DNA of 64,000 bases from Candidatus Kaelpia imicola (lineage in GTDB: Bacteria; Omnitrophota; Gorgyraeia; Kaelpiales; Kaelpiaceae). Each line of letters begins with the position of its first letter. Position 1 is the first letter of the stretch. Under the pieces are notes generated by a model. It made no database searches and was not told the origin of the DNA. It was given only the letters and a program-made list of their open reading frames with translations. Shown piece after piece: positions 1 to 9,028 of this stretch. The translations under genes were made by a program, and so were the position numbers. Location of the stretch: the NCBI GenBank assembly GCA_030765505.1, contig JAVCCL010000043.1, positions 5,686-69,685 on the forward strand. The letters are read 5' to 3'.

Positions 1-1068
1 ATTATTGTTTCTTTAAAGAAAATTATTAAAAAAACTTTCTGGGCTGCTGTATTCTCTATAGTAATATTAGAGTTATGTACAAGAATATTTTTATCTATTT
101 CTTTAAATAAGTATTTTAATAAAGATATTCCTTTTTTATATAAAGAAAATATTTTGGAAATTAAACACTTTTTTATAAGAGGATCAGATTGGACAGAATA
201 TGACCCTCTCTGTTATTTTATACCTCGAGAGGGATTGTTCCGTTACCCATCCGAAAGGGGGTGGAATTGGGGAAATCCTATTAAAGAAAAGAAAAAAGAT
301 GAAATAAGAATCATATCTATAGGAGATTCAACTACTTACGGTAATTGGGTAACATATAAAGAGTCATATCCGTATTTATTAGAACAGCTTTTAAAGAAAA
401 AATATTCCAATAAGAGCATAAAGGTTTTAAATGCCGGCCTTCCCGGCGGATCGTCCCGGCAGATTAAAAGATTTTTTCAATTGTATCTTATAGATTATCA
501 GCCCGATATTGTTATATGGCGAAAAGGCGCAAAACTGACGGATAGATATGAAATACCGAAATTAACTGCCGCTAATTATAGGATTAGAAATCTTATCTGG
601 TCAGGGTTATATCATCTGCGGATTTTTCGAGTAATTGCTGTAATAAACGACAGAGGTTATTCTAAAAAACAGAAATGGTATCCTGCAGTTGATAGAGTAT
701 ATGATTATATAATGGGTCTAAATCAAATTTATAAACATAATTATAGTAATGGCTACAAATCAGATTTTTGCATAGTTAAGGAGATATGCAGGAAAAATAA
801 AATAAAATATGCCTTAGCGGTTGACTATCTGCGGAGAGGTTCTGACAACGAATTGTACAGTGATTATCGTGAATATAAAGATAAAAAGATTGAGCCTGCT
901 GTAAATACTTTCAATGCTTTTAAGCAAAGGATAGACCAAACATCCATAGATAAACTTTTTGTTGATAGCTGTCATCTAACAGAGATAGGCACTCAGACAT
1001 TAGCAAAAGAGATATTTGATTTCTTAATAGACAATAATTGGATAGATGATTTGATTCTAACAAAATAA
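1..1068 (+). CDS. SGNH/GDSL-family hydrolase with N-terminal membrane anchor (5' partial; the reading frame is open back to position 1)
   Basis: The ISIGDSTTYG block is the GDSL catalytic-serine motif. The reading frame runs from nt 1 with no stop and encodes a hydrophobic stretch (FWAAVFSIVILELCTRIFLSISL) before the listed TTG start at 154, so the gene begins upstream of the window. Confidence 0.6.
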   Translation: MIVSLKKIIKKTFWAAVFSIVILELCTRIFLSISLNKYFNKDIPFLYKENILEIKHFFIRGSDWTEYDPLCYFIPREGLFRYPSERGWNWGNPIKEKKKDEIRIISIGDSTTYGNWVTYKESYPYLLEQLLKKKYSNKSIKVLNAGLPGGSSRQIKRFFQLYLIDYQPDIVIWRKGAKLTDRYEIPKLTAANYRIRNLIWSGLYHLRIFRVIAVINDRGYSKKQKWYPAVDRVYDYIMGLNQIYKHNYSNGYKSDFCIVKEICRKNKIKYALAVDYLRRGSDNELYSDYREYKDKKIEPAVNTFNAFKQRIDQTSIDKLFVDSCHLTEIGTQTLAKEIFDFLIDNNWIDDLILTK

Positions 1069-1403
1069 TCCAGCTGGCTCCTATCACGCCGCTAAAGAAG
1101 ATTTATAGTAGAAACAGGCTTCGCAGGGCAGCTGATTTTTGTGTTATCAGCATTGACCAGCTCAGGAGAGTTTGTATTTAAAACCTTATAGCTATTTAAG
1201 AGTATAAATAGTAAGATTGTGAAGAAGAGAAGGTTAACATTACATCAGAAGGCTGAGCTTGCTATGAGAGAAGCGGTGAAGCATAAGAGAGAGGTCCGTC
1301 CGCTTCTGGTATAGGAGGATGGCAGGGTTAAAAAATCAAGCTTTAATGGACAAAATTAACTTTAATAAATAGTGAGGGGTAGTTTTTAAAACAGCTATAA
1401 TTT

Positions 1404-3080
1404 ATGAAGACAGAACTCTCTAATTTTATCACAGAGATTATCGATAAAGATTTACTTGGCGGTAAGTATGGAGAAAAAATCCATACAAGATTTCCTCCTG
1501 AGCCTAACGGCTATCTTCATATCGGCCATGCTAAATCTATCTGTCTTAACTTTGGCTTGGCCGGGAAGTATAAAGGGTTATGTAACCTCCGTTTTGATGA
1601 TACGAATCCCAGCAAAGAAGAGGTTGAGTATGTTGATTCTATAAAAGAGGATATAAGCTGGCTTGGTTTTAACTGGGAGGATAGGGAATATTTTGCATCG
1701 GACTACTTCAAGAGGTTTTATCAGGCTGCTCTAGAGCTTATAAAGAAGGGTAAGGCTTATGTCTGTGATTTATCAACGGATGAGATAAGAGAGCACCGCG
1801 GTACGCTTACAGAACCTGGAGAGAATAGTCCTTATAGAGATAGAGTAGTCGATGAGAATCTAGATCTATTTAAAGGGATGAGGGAGGGTGAGTTTAAAGA
1901 CGGCTCAAAAGTATTGCGGGCTAAGATAGATATGGCCCATCCTAATATGCTCATGCGTGATCCGGTCTTATATAGGATCAAAAGAGAGCATCACCATAGA
2001 ACTAAAGACGGCTGGGTGATATACCCGATGTATGACTTTGCCCATTGCTTAAGCGACTCTTTTGAAAAGATAACTCATTCAATCTGTACTCTTGAGTTTG
2101 AAAACAATAGGCCCTTATATGACTGGATATTAGATCAGCTTGATTATTACCATCCCCAGCAGATTGAGTTTGCAAGGTTAAACCTCTCCTTTACTGTTGT
2201 GAGTAAGAGAAAGTTATTAGAGCTGATTAACTCAGAAGTTGTAACCGGCTGGGATGATCCCCGGATGCCGACAATATCAGGTCTTAGGCGGCGTGGCTAT
2301 ACTCCGGAGTCAATTAGAGATTTCTGTTATAAGATAGGGGTATCTAAGGTAAATAGCCGTATTGATATAAGCCTGCTTGAGAACTCAATCAGAGAAGAGT
2401 TGAACAAGACCTCACCAAGAGTTATGGCAGTGCTTAATCCTCTAAAGGTTGTAATAGAGAATTATCCCGAAGATAAGATTGAAGAGCTTGATGCGGTAAA
2501 TAATCCGGAAGATGAGTCTATGGGGGTAAGGAAGGTCTCTTTCTCCCGCATTCTCTATATCGAAAGAGATGATTTTATGGAAGAGCCTCCAAGTAAGTTT
2601 TATCGTTTATCGCCAGGACGTGAGGTAAGGCTGCGTTACGGCTACTTTATAAGATGCAAGGAAGTCATAAAAGATGATAAAGGTAAGATAGTTGAGTTGA
2701 GGTGCAGCTATGACCCCGAAACCAAAGGAGGAGATGCTCCGGATGGCAGAAGAGTCAAAGCGACTCTTCATTGGGTCTCAAAAGAGAGTGCAGTTGATGC
2801 AGAGGTCCGTCTCTACGGCCATCTCTTCTTAAAACCTAATCCTGATGAAGCAAAAGAGGGAGAAGACTTTAAGTCTAATCTTAATCCCGGCTCTCTATCA
2901 GTTATTAAGAATGCTAAGCTTGAGAGTTCTCTTTCTGATGCAAAGAAAAGCATAAGGTATCAGTTCGAGAGAAAAGGATACTTTACTTTAGATAAAGATT
3001 CATCTAAAGATAATCTGATATTTAACCGTATTGTCTCTCTGCGTGACAGCTGGGCCAAGATTAATAAGCAGCAATCTTAA
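1404..3080 (+). CDS. glnS: glutamine--tRNA ligase (class I, GlnRS-type)
   Basis: [18 protein letters not shown] (HIGH motif) and VSKRK (KMSKS-like) are present. The 558-aa length and the overall pattern fit GlnRS rather than GluRS. Confidence 0.85.
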   Translation: MKTELSNFITEIIDKDLLGGKYGEKIHTRFPPEPNGYLHIGHAKSICLNFGLAGKYKGLCNLRFDDTNPSKEEVEYVDSIKEDISWLGFNWEDREYFASDYFKRFYQAALELIKKGKAYVCDLSTDEIREHRGTLTEPGENSPYRDRVVDENLDLFKGMREGEFKDGSKVLRAKIDMAHPNMLMRDPVLYRIKREHHHRTKDGWVIYPMYDFAHCLSDSFEKITHSICTLEFENNRPLYDWILDQLDYYHPQQIEFARLNLSFTVVSKRKLLELINSEVVTGWDDPRMPTISGLRRRGYTPESIRDFCYKIGVSKVNSRIDISLLENSIREELNKTSPRVMAVLNPLKVVIENYPEDKIEELDAVNNPEDESMGVRKVSFSRILYIERDDFMEEPPSKFYRLSPGREVRLRYGYFIRCKEVIKDDKGKIVELRCSYDPETKGGDAPDGRRVKATLHWVSKESAVDAEVRLYGHLFLKPNPDEAKEGEDFKSNLNPGSLSVIKNAKLESSLSDAKKSIRYQFERKGYFTLDKDSSKDNLIFNRIVSLRDSWAKINKQQS

Positions 3081-4768
3081 CGGTTGTTTTTTATCTTAAG
3101 TGTCTTTAAGAAGTCAGGGTGAGCTTTGTCAAATCCTAATTCCAGAGCCTTTAGACAATACTCTTTTGCAAGACTGTATCTTTTACGGATAAAAGAAGTT
3201 ACAGCCAAGTTGTAAAATGCGCTTGCGTCATTAGGGTTTATCTCTATAGCCTTTTTATAGAGAGGTAGAGCTTTATCTATCTCTTTCTGAGAACTATATA
3301 GGTTTCCCAGATTTGTATAGGCTGAACCGTATTGAGGATTGAGCTCTATTGCTTTTTCAAAGCTCGCTATTGCACTCCTTATATTACCTTTAGTTAAATA
3401 GATAAATCCGAGATTGTTATATGTCTCTTCATTATTTTTGTCAAGATCAAGAGCCTTCTTGTAGCATAAGTATGCATTATTTATATCACTCATCTCTCTG
3501 TATTCACAGCCTAAGTTTATGTATGCATTAGTACTTTTAGGGTTATATTTTATTATATGTTTGTAAAAGGTTATCGGGTTCTTCCAGTAATTATTCTGTC
3601 TATATGTAAGAGAGGAGTAAGTCGTTATTAATGAAACTAAGAATAGATAGATTGAAATTTTAAGCTGTTTGGATTTATCTAATTTTTTAATCAATTTTGT
3701 AATTAAAACTATAAATATTAGGAAGAATCCTATTGAAGGAATATATAGATAATGTTCTGACATATAAAAAGGCAGGGGATAGAAAATATTTGATACAGGA
3801 ATTAAAGCAATAGAAAACCAGAGAATAGAGAGACTCAATACTCTATCTCTATTTTTTGTTTTAAGTGCGTAATAGATAGAACCTATAAATATGAATAGGC
3901 CTAAAAGTGTTTTATAGTAACCCCAGGAGAATGTAAGCTTGCCATAATCAAAATGTAGGCCGTAGGGTATAATAAGTATTCTCAGATAATCTACTATGGC
4001 TACAAAAAATCCCGGGATTCTTTGAATGAAGTTTAGAGAGATTAGATTAGCTATTAATGATGATTCAATAATCGAACTTCTTATAAATAGGTATATGAAT
4101 GTTACTATTGTTAGAGAGACAATTTTAAGTTTATCTATTTTTAAATTAAAGATGTAGTGATAGCAGAAGATTATCAGGACAAATATTAATGCACTCTCTT
4201 TTGATAGCAAGGATAGAATATAGCTTATAAGTGATAAGCTAAAAAGAGTTTTTGATTTTTTGTTTGTACTTTTTATATACAGCATGAATCCGGTTACTAC
4301 AAATAGGGCGACTAAAATTCCTGCTCTTCCAGATAGATATGTTACTGAGTCTGTATGTATCGGGTGGGATATATACAGCAAGGTTGTTAATAAAGATAGT
4401 AATCTGTTTAACAGCAGTAATCTTAAAAGCCAGTATAAAGATATTCCAACAAGTATATGTAATAGTATGTTGAATATATGGTAGTATCTGACGTTTAATC
4501 TATCCAATGAATAGTTAAGCATATAGCTTAGAGTTGCAAGCGGGCGGTAGAAATTATATCTTTTTCCTGCTCCTGCACCCCAGTCAGATTTAAATACTTC
4601 GGCTATTTTGGTAGGAGATTTTACGTAAACATTGTTTTTAATTAGAGCTTTATCATCCCAGAGAAAACCTACATTGATTGAGTTAGAGTAGATGATAGCT
4701 ATGAGAACAGTTATTAGGAGAATATGAGAGACTGTTATCTTTTTATCCTTAGATATTTTAGATAGCAT
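3077..4768 (-). CDS. TMTC/DUF1736-like polytopic membrane protein with C-terminal TPR repeats (putative GT-C glycosyltransferase)
   Basis: The protein has more than 10 predicted TM helices and a [16 protein letters not shown] block typical of DUF1736/TMTC proteins. The C-terminus carries several 34-aa TPR units (AYxNLG...KAIELNP pattern). Confidence 0.55.
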   Translation of the reverse strand: MLSKISKDKKITVSHILLITVLIAIIYSNSINVGFLWDDKALIKNNVYVKSPTKIAEVFKSDWGAGAGKRYNFYRPLATLSYMLNYSLDRLNVRYYHIFNILLHILVGISLYWLLRLLLLNRLLSLLTTLLYISHPIHTDSVTYLSGRAGILVALFVVTGFMLYIKSTNKKSKTLFSLSLISYILSLLSKESALIFVLIIFCYHYIFNLKIDKLKIVSLTIVTFIYLFIRSSIIESSLIANLISLNFIQRIPGFFVAIVDYLRILIIPYGLHFDYGKLTFSWGYYKTLLGLFIFIGSIYYALKTKNRDRVLSLSILWFSIALIPVSNIFYPLPFYMSEHYLYIPSIGFFLIFIVLITKLIKKLDKSKQLKISIYLFLVSLITTYSSLTYRQNNYWKNPITFYKHIIKYNPKSTNAYINLGCEYREMSDINNAYLCYKKALDLDKNNEETYNNLGFIYLTKGNIRSAIASFEKAIELNPQYGSAYTNLGNLYSSQKEIDKALPLYKKAIEINPNDASAFYNLAVTSFIRKRYSLAKEYCLKALELGFDKAHPDFLKTLKIKNNR

Positions 4769-4835
4769 TATTTAAAAATATAGTTTATGAGATGGGTTTT
4801 AGCAATAGATATTTATAGGTTTTCTAAATTGAATC

Positions 4836-4863
4836 TTGACAATTTATTATCTTAAAGTAATAA
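4836..4863 (+). promoter_or_regulatory. sigma70-like promoter (TTGACA, 16-nt spacer, TAATAA) for the lipoprotein gene
   Basis: A consensus -35 lies at 4836-4841 and a -10-like hexamer at 4858-4863. A GGAGGTG ribosome-binding site follows, about 7 nt before the ATG at 4889. Confidence 0.35.
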
Positions 4864-4888
4864 TGTTATCAATAAACGGAGGTGAAAG

Positions 4889-5335
4889 ATGATTAGAGTT
4901 TTCTTAGTTTCTATTATAGTTTTGTCGGTCTTTACAGCAGGGTGTTCTACTATCTCTGGTAGAAGAGGTTCTCATTCCAGCGATTTCGAGAAACAGCTTG
5001 AAGTATCAACTCTTCTTAAATTTGATGATATACCGGTGCCGAGTAGTTTTAAGTTTATTGCAGCAGAATCTTTTGCTTTCCAGACTGATGAGGTAAGAGT
5101 CGGTCTTCTTAAATATACAGGCAGGGTCTCTCCTGAAGAGACGGTTGTCTTCTACAAAGAGCAGATGCCTCTATATAATTGGAAGCCTATTAATTTCATA
5201 GAATACGAGAGAAGAATACTCAATTTTGAGAAAGATGAGCAGTCTGTAGTTATAACAATAGACGGCAAAGGTTCATCTTCAAGCCTTGTAATAGCTGTTT
5301 CACCTCGTTCTGAGAGTGAATTATTCAATAGATAG
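4889..5335 (+). CDS. putative lipoprotein
   Basis: The signal peptide ends in FTAGC, a relaxed lipobox. The protein is small and hydrophilic, with no recognisable domain. Confidence 0.45.
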   Translation: MIRVFLVSIIVLSVFTAGCSTISGRRGSHSSDFEKQLEVSTLLKFDDIPVPSSFKFIAAESFAFQTDEVRVGLLKYTGRVSPEETVVFYKEQMPLYNWKPINFIEYERRILNFEKDEQSVVITIDGKGSSSSLVIAVSPRSESELFNR

Positions 5336-5422
5336 GCTATAAATACTGCTTTGAGACCTATTTATTATAAAAAAAGAGTTAATATTTTATCAAGATAAGA
5401 TTAATTTATTACCAATTTTATC

Positions 5423-5450
5423 TTGACAGGTTCTATAAAGACTATAAAAT
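5423..5450 (+). promoter_or_regulatory. sigma70-like promoter (TTGACA, 16-nt spacer, TAAAAT) followed by a ~250-nt leader upstream of the outer-membrane protein gene
   Basis: A consensus -35 lies at 5423-5428 and TAAAAT at 5445-5450. The long leader (5451-5704) is GC-richer than its surroundings and contains an imperfect hairpin GAATATATCGGTA/TACCGTTGTATATTC at about 5608-5640. Confidence 0.4.
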
Positions 5451-5704
5451 ACTACAAAAGGACAGTTCTTTAAAACTTTGGGGATACGATGCCAATCTTA
5501 ATGATTGGTTTCCATTTAAACATCTCCCGTTAACTTAAGCCGGGACAGAAGGAGGTGATGTAAAAAAGTCAGTCCAAGGGTTAAAAGGGGAAGATGAAAA
5601 GAATATATCGGTAAATACCGTTGTATATTCTTCTCCAGAAAGGGGAAGAAGGCTCGTTAGTAAGGAATTAGCGAACCTATGAATTAACTTAAGGAGGAAA
5701 GTAA

Positions 5705-7063
5705 ATGAAGAAGTTATTAATTATTGCAGCGCTTATGATGTTGGCTATGCCAGCATTTGCAGCTGTACAGAATGTAAAAGTAAGTGGTGATATCACTACT
5801 TATGGAGTAGGTCAGTATGTGTTTGATTTAGATGACAGAAGTACTGACATTGAAGGTGGTGCGGGTGACGAAGAAAATTTCTTTGCCACAATTACTCGTT
5901 TAAGAGTAGATGCAGATTTAACAGATAATGTTGCAGCTACAGTTAGACTTGTAAATGAAAGAGAGTGGGATACGCAATATTGTAGCAGTGGAGATACTAC
6001 TGATGCAATCATGGACCTTGCTTATATAACTTTAAAGGAGATATTCTATTCTCCTTTAACAGTTATGATAGGCCGTCAAGAGCTTGCATACGGCAGCAAA
6101 CTTGTTGTCGGTGATCCTAACACAAATGCAGTTAAATCGTCAGATAGTGATTTAACAAATGCTCCTTATCTGAGCAAAATTAAATCGTTTGATGCTATCC
6201 GCGGTGTGCTTGATTATGATCCTTGGACAATCGATCTTGTCTATGCAAAAATTGATGAGGCATTTGAAGCAGCAAGCACAGAGGATGAAGATATTCTCGG
6301 TATAAATTTTGCTTATGATTTTGCTGACTATGAAGCAGAAGCAGAAGGTTATTTCTTCTACGTTGATGGCGATCCAGAAGCTTCTTACTCATCAAGCGAA
6401 GCAAATATCGATGGTTATGTTCTTGGTTTAAGAGGCAGCTTAGCCCCTGTTGATGGTTTAACAGTTGGTGCAGAGATTGCTATCCAGGGTGGAGACTATG
6501 CTAATGGTCCTGCTGTAACCAATAGAGACCTTGATGCTATGGCAGCAACAGTGGAAGGTTCATATGTTTGGGATAATGAATATGCTCCTATGATTAAACT
6601 TTGTTATGACTATAGATCTGGTGAGAAAGCAGGAACATCAAGCGGTGATTATGAAGCGTGGTTACCTCTCTATGAAGATCAGACCAAAGGTTTGATTGCT
6701 GATTATTTATTTAGCGGTGCAAATGCTGGTGTGAATTCAAACTCAAACATCATAAACCTCGGTGGTTCTTTTCAACCGACGGAAGATTTAACAATTGCAC
6801 TTGACTGGTTCCATTATATTTTAGATGAGAAACTTACATCTTCTAATGACCAGTCGTATTCTAGCTGGTCACCAGTCGGTTCAGTTACTATAGATAGTGA
6901 AGATGATCTTGGTGATGAAATCGACCTTGCTTTAATCTATGATTATACAGAAGATGTTGTCATAGGTTTACAGGCTGGTTGGTTTATGCCGGGTGATGTA
7001 TTTGATGCTACAAACAACGATGATGCATATGAACTGCTTGGTTCTATAGCAGTTAGTTTCTAA
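5705..7063 (+). CDS. outer-membrane beta-barrel protein (porin-like), strongly acidic
   Basis: The signal peptide MKKLLIIAALMMLAMPAFA is followed by AVQ, and the protein ends in the aromatic residue F (AVSF). It shows the alternating beta-strand pattern of an outer-membrane barrel. A strong ribosome-binding site (AGGAGGAAAG) is present. Its codon usage (CGT, GGT, GAT rich) differs from neighbouring genes, consistent with high expression. Confidence 0.6.
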   Translation: MKKLLIIAALMMLAMPAFAAVQNVKVSGDITTYGVGQYVFDLDDRSTDIEGGAGDEENFFATITRLRVDADLTDNVAATVRLVNEREWDTQYCSSGDTTDAIMDLAYITLKEIFYSPLTVMIGRQELAYGSKLVVGDPNTNAVKSSDSDLTNAPYLSKIKSFDAIRGVLDYDPWTIDLVYAKIDEAFEAASTEDEDILGINFAYDFADYEAEAEGYFFYVDGDPEASYSSSEANIDGYVLGLRGSLAPVDGLTVGAEIAIQGGDYANGPAVTNRDLDAMAATVEGSYVWDNEYAPMIKLCYDYRSGEKAGTSSGDYEAWLPLYEDQTKGLIADYLFSGANAGVNSNSNIINLGGSFQPTEDLTIALDWFHYILDEKLTSSNDQSYSSWSPVGSVTIDSEDDLGDEIDLALIYDYTEDVVIGLQAGWFMPGDVFDATNNDDAYELLGSIAVSF

Positions 7064-7084
7064 AAGTTATTTAGTTTGGTTTTT

Positions 7085-7120
7085 AAAACCCCCGTAGATT
7101 TTTACGGGGGTTTTTCTTTT
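7085..7120 (+). terminator. rho-independent terminator (CCCCCGTA / TACGGGGG stem followed by a T-run)
   Basis: A perfect 8-bp GC-rich stem spans 7089-7096 and 7103-7110 with a GATTTT loop, followed by TTTTTCTTTT. An A-run sits on the 5' side, so the element could terminate in either direction. Confidence 0.8.
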
Positions 7121-7401
7121 TAAGTTGTTTTTTCCTTTTTCAGCTTGATTTAGTAGTCCTGAATATTTAGTTTTCAATATTAAATATTAAGGGTTAAATA
7201 TAGCTATAAAATTGAAGTAGATGGTATTAGGAAAATTATTTTAAAAGTAGTCAAGATCTTTTCAGCAATTAGTGTATATGGAGTGTTAAAATACTCAGAA
7301 AAGATTAAAAAACTAAAAAGAATGTTGTCTTCTGCTATAAAAGAGAAAACTAAAGAACTTGAATGTAAAAGTATCCATAATTCTTGATGAGGTATAATGA
7401 A

Positions 7402-7605
7402 ATGCATATAAAAATTATTTTAGAACCGAGTGAAGAAGGTGGTTATACGGCTATAGTTCCTGCTCTCCCTGGATGTATAAGTGAAGGCGATACGCGGGAA
7501 GAAGCTTTAAAAAACATTCGTGAAGCAATAGAACTTTATTTAGAACCGGCAGCTGATGATGCTATCTTTGCTCCCAATTCTGAACAAGTAGAAATTACAG
7601 TATGA
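7402..7605 (+). CDS. hicB: HicB-family antitoxin (UPF0150/RNase H-like fold)
   Basis: MHIKIILEPSEEGGYTAIVPALPGCISEGDTREEALKNIREAIELYLE is the classic HicB N-domain pattern. The start is probably the ATG at 7402; the ORF track begins at an upstream TTG at 7384. A TATAAT hexamer sits at 7392-7397, directly before this ATG. Confidence 0.75.
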   Translation: MHIKIILEPSEEGGYTAIVPALPGCISEGDTREEALKNIREAIELYLEPAADDAIFAPNSEQVEITV

Positions 7606-7829
7606 GCAAAGTTCCAAGTGTAAATTACTCTCAGCTTATCAATGCTCTGCGGCGGGACGGGTGGATAGTAATTCGCTAAAAAGGCAGTCATATCAGATTA
7701 CAAAAACGTCTTCCTGATGAAATGCTTAAAATTACTATTCCTGCTCATCATCCAATTAAAAGATCAACGCTCTCGCATATATTAAAACAGGCACATTTAT
7801 CTGTAGAAAAAATTATTGAATTATTATAA
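7602..7829 (+). pseudogene. hicA: hicA toxin gene interrupted by one in-frame TAA at 7677-7679
   Basis: The ATG overlaps the hicB stop (ATGA). The translation MSKVPSVNYSQLINALRRDGWIVIR-stop-KGSHIRLQKRLPDEMLKITIPAHHPIKRSTLSHILKQAHLSVEKIIELL matches the HicA consensus (GW.v.R.KGSH...PvH.gkdl..gtL..ILKQAgL). The stop sits exactly where the conserved Gln codon (CAA) would be. Confidence 0.7.
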
Positions 7830-7971
7830 AAATTTTTCATGAGTCAATAGATCTGACTTTTTCCTATTGCTCTATTCCGGAAAAAACAGCAAAAAAGAGA
7901 AAAAACTGTTGCTATCTAATTAATAAAAGGTGTTATTTCTACTTTGCTATTACAGTATTTTTCAGGCTAGG

Positions 7972-7999
7972 TTGACTTTCTATGTTTCTTAGCTATAAT
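7972..7999 (+). promoter_or_regulatory. consensus promoter (TTGACT, 16-nt spacer, TATAAT) driving tRNA-Leu
   Basis: The -35 lies at 7972-7977 and the -10 at 7994-7999, about 15 nt upstream of the mature tRNA 5' end. Confidence 0.55.
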
Positions 8000-8014
8000 A
8001 GATTCTTCCCATGA

Positions 8015-8098
8015 GCCGGGATGGCGGAATTGGCAGACGCGCATGGTTAAGGACCATGTGGGCTAACGCTTGTGGGGGTTCAAGTCCCCCTCCCGGCA
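8015..8098 (+). tRNA. tRNA-Leu, class II (long variable arm), anticodon reads AAG
   Basis: The acceptor stem is GCCGGGA/TCCCGGC, the anticodon stem CATGG/CCATG and the 7-nt loop TTAAGGA (positions 34-36 = AAG at 8049-8051). The T-arm is GGGGG-TTCAAGT-CCCCC. CCA is not encoded. The fold is identical to the second tRNA-Leu in the window except for the anticodon. Confidence 0.8.
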
Positions 8099-9028
8099 TT
8101 AATCCCTTCTATCTATTGCGTAGTTGCTTCCAGGGAGTGTTTTGGTGTACTCTTTTACTTCAGCCCCTCTCTCGGCTACTTCTGCAACGTGTTTGAACTC
8201 TATATTATTGTTAGTTATAACAGATACAGTTACAGACATTAAAGGAACATTCTCTTTATTTCCTTTTCTATCTTTTGATTCTATGTAGCCTTTTTCTCTA
8301 TCTTTTTTAGGGTAGTAACGGGGTATCTTGGAGTCAAACTTCTTTATAACTGATTTAGATATCTCTTTTGCCCTCTCAGCATCTGCTATTATTACAAAGT
8401 CATCTCCTCCGACATGGCCTATAAAATCATTTTTTTGGCCTATCTCATCTACTGTCTCAATAAGTACGCGGGCGGTCTCCTGGATGATTCTATCACCTTT
8501 TTCAAATCCGTATTTATCATTATAGGATTTAAACTTATCTAAATCGACATAGCAGACTGCAAATTTGTTTTCTGATTTTATTCTGCTCTCAATCTCATTT
8601 AATATTGTTACATTACCGGGTAAGCGGGTTAAGGGGTTGGCATCAAGGTCTATCTCGGCGCGTCTTAAGACCATCTTGACGCGGGCAATTAATTCTTTCT
8701 CATCTGTGGTTTTGACTATATAGTCATCGGCTCCTGCATCTATTCCTTTTATCTTATCAGTTACATCTTCTTTTTTACCTGTAAGCATTATTACAGGGAT
8801 GTGGCGTAAGAGCAGGTCTCTCTTTATGAAGCGGCAGAGTCTCTCACCGTCGACTTCAGGCATAACATAGTCTGTTATAACCAGGTCAGGCGGTCTGTGA
8901 TGGATTTTATCTATGGCTTCTTTTCCATTAGAGGCTTCTTCAACTTCAAAGCCTTCTGATTTAAACAGTATCGTTAAGACATCTCTTATATCAGCATCAT
9001 CATCTACGACTAAAATTCTCTTAGCCAT
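8099..9028 (-). CDS. response regulator: REC domain plus a GGDEF-family domain with a degenerate GGDDF signature
   Basis: The N-terminal RILVVDDDADIRDVL...DLVITDYVMPEVDG block is a receiver domain. The C-terminal VDLDKFKSYNDKYGFEKGD...HVGGDDFVII block is a GGDEF fold. Its stop codon abuts the tRNA 3' end on the opposite strand. Confidence 0.8.
   Translation of the reverse strand: MAKRILVVDDDADIRDVLTILFKSEGFEVEEASNGKEAIDKIHHRPPDLVITDYVMPEVDGERLCRFIKRDLLLRHIPVIMLTGKKEDVTDKIKGIDAGADDYIVKTTDEKELIARVKMVLRRAEIDLDANPLTRLPGNVTILNEIESRIKSENKFAVCYVDLDKFKSYNDKYGFEKGDRIIQETARVLIETVDEIGQKNDFIGHVGGDDFVIIADAERAKEISKSVIKKFDSKIPRYYPKKDREKGYIESKDRKGNKENVPLMSVTVSVITNNNIEFKHVAEVAERGAEVKEYTKTLPGSNYAIDRRD

Noticed and set aside
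1069-1403. A possible T-box riboswitch upstream of glnS.
   Set aside because: The conserved T-box sequence (AATTAGGGTGGTACCGCG-like) and a specifier/antiterminator arrangement are not present. The structure is kept only as a generic structured-spacer observation.
1456-1644. A 62-aa alternative-frame ORF inside glnS.
   Set aside because: It lies within the HIGH-motif region of a strongly supported GlnRS gene and is a frame artefact.
7204-7407. A 67-aa minus-strand ORF between the outer-membrane protein terminator and hicB.
   Set aside because: It is an AT-rich, low-complexity translation that overlaps the hicB promoter and start. No ribosome-binding site is present, and it is more likely non-coding spacer.
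8011-8196. A 61-aa ORF (MSRDGGIGRRAW...) in the ORF track.
   Set aside because: It lies on the tRNA-Leu gene (8015-8098) and runs antisense into the 3' end of the response-regulator gene. It is a translation of a tRNA, not a protein.
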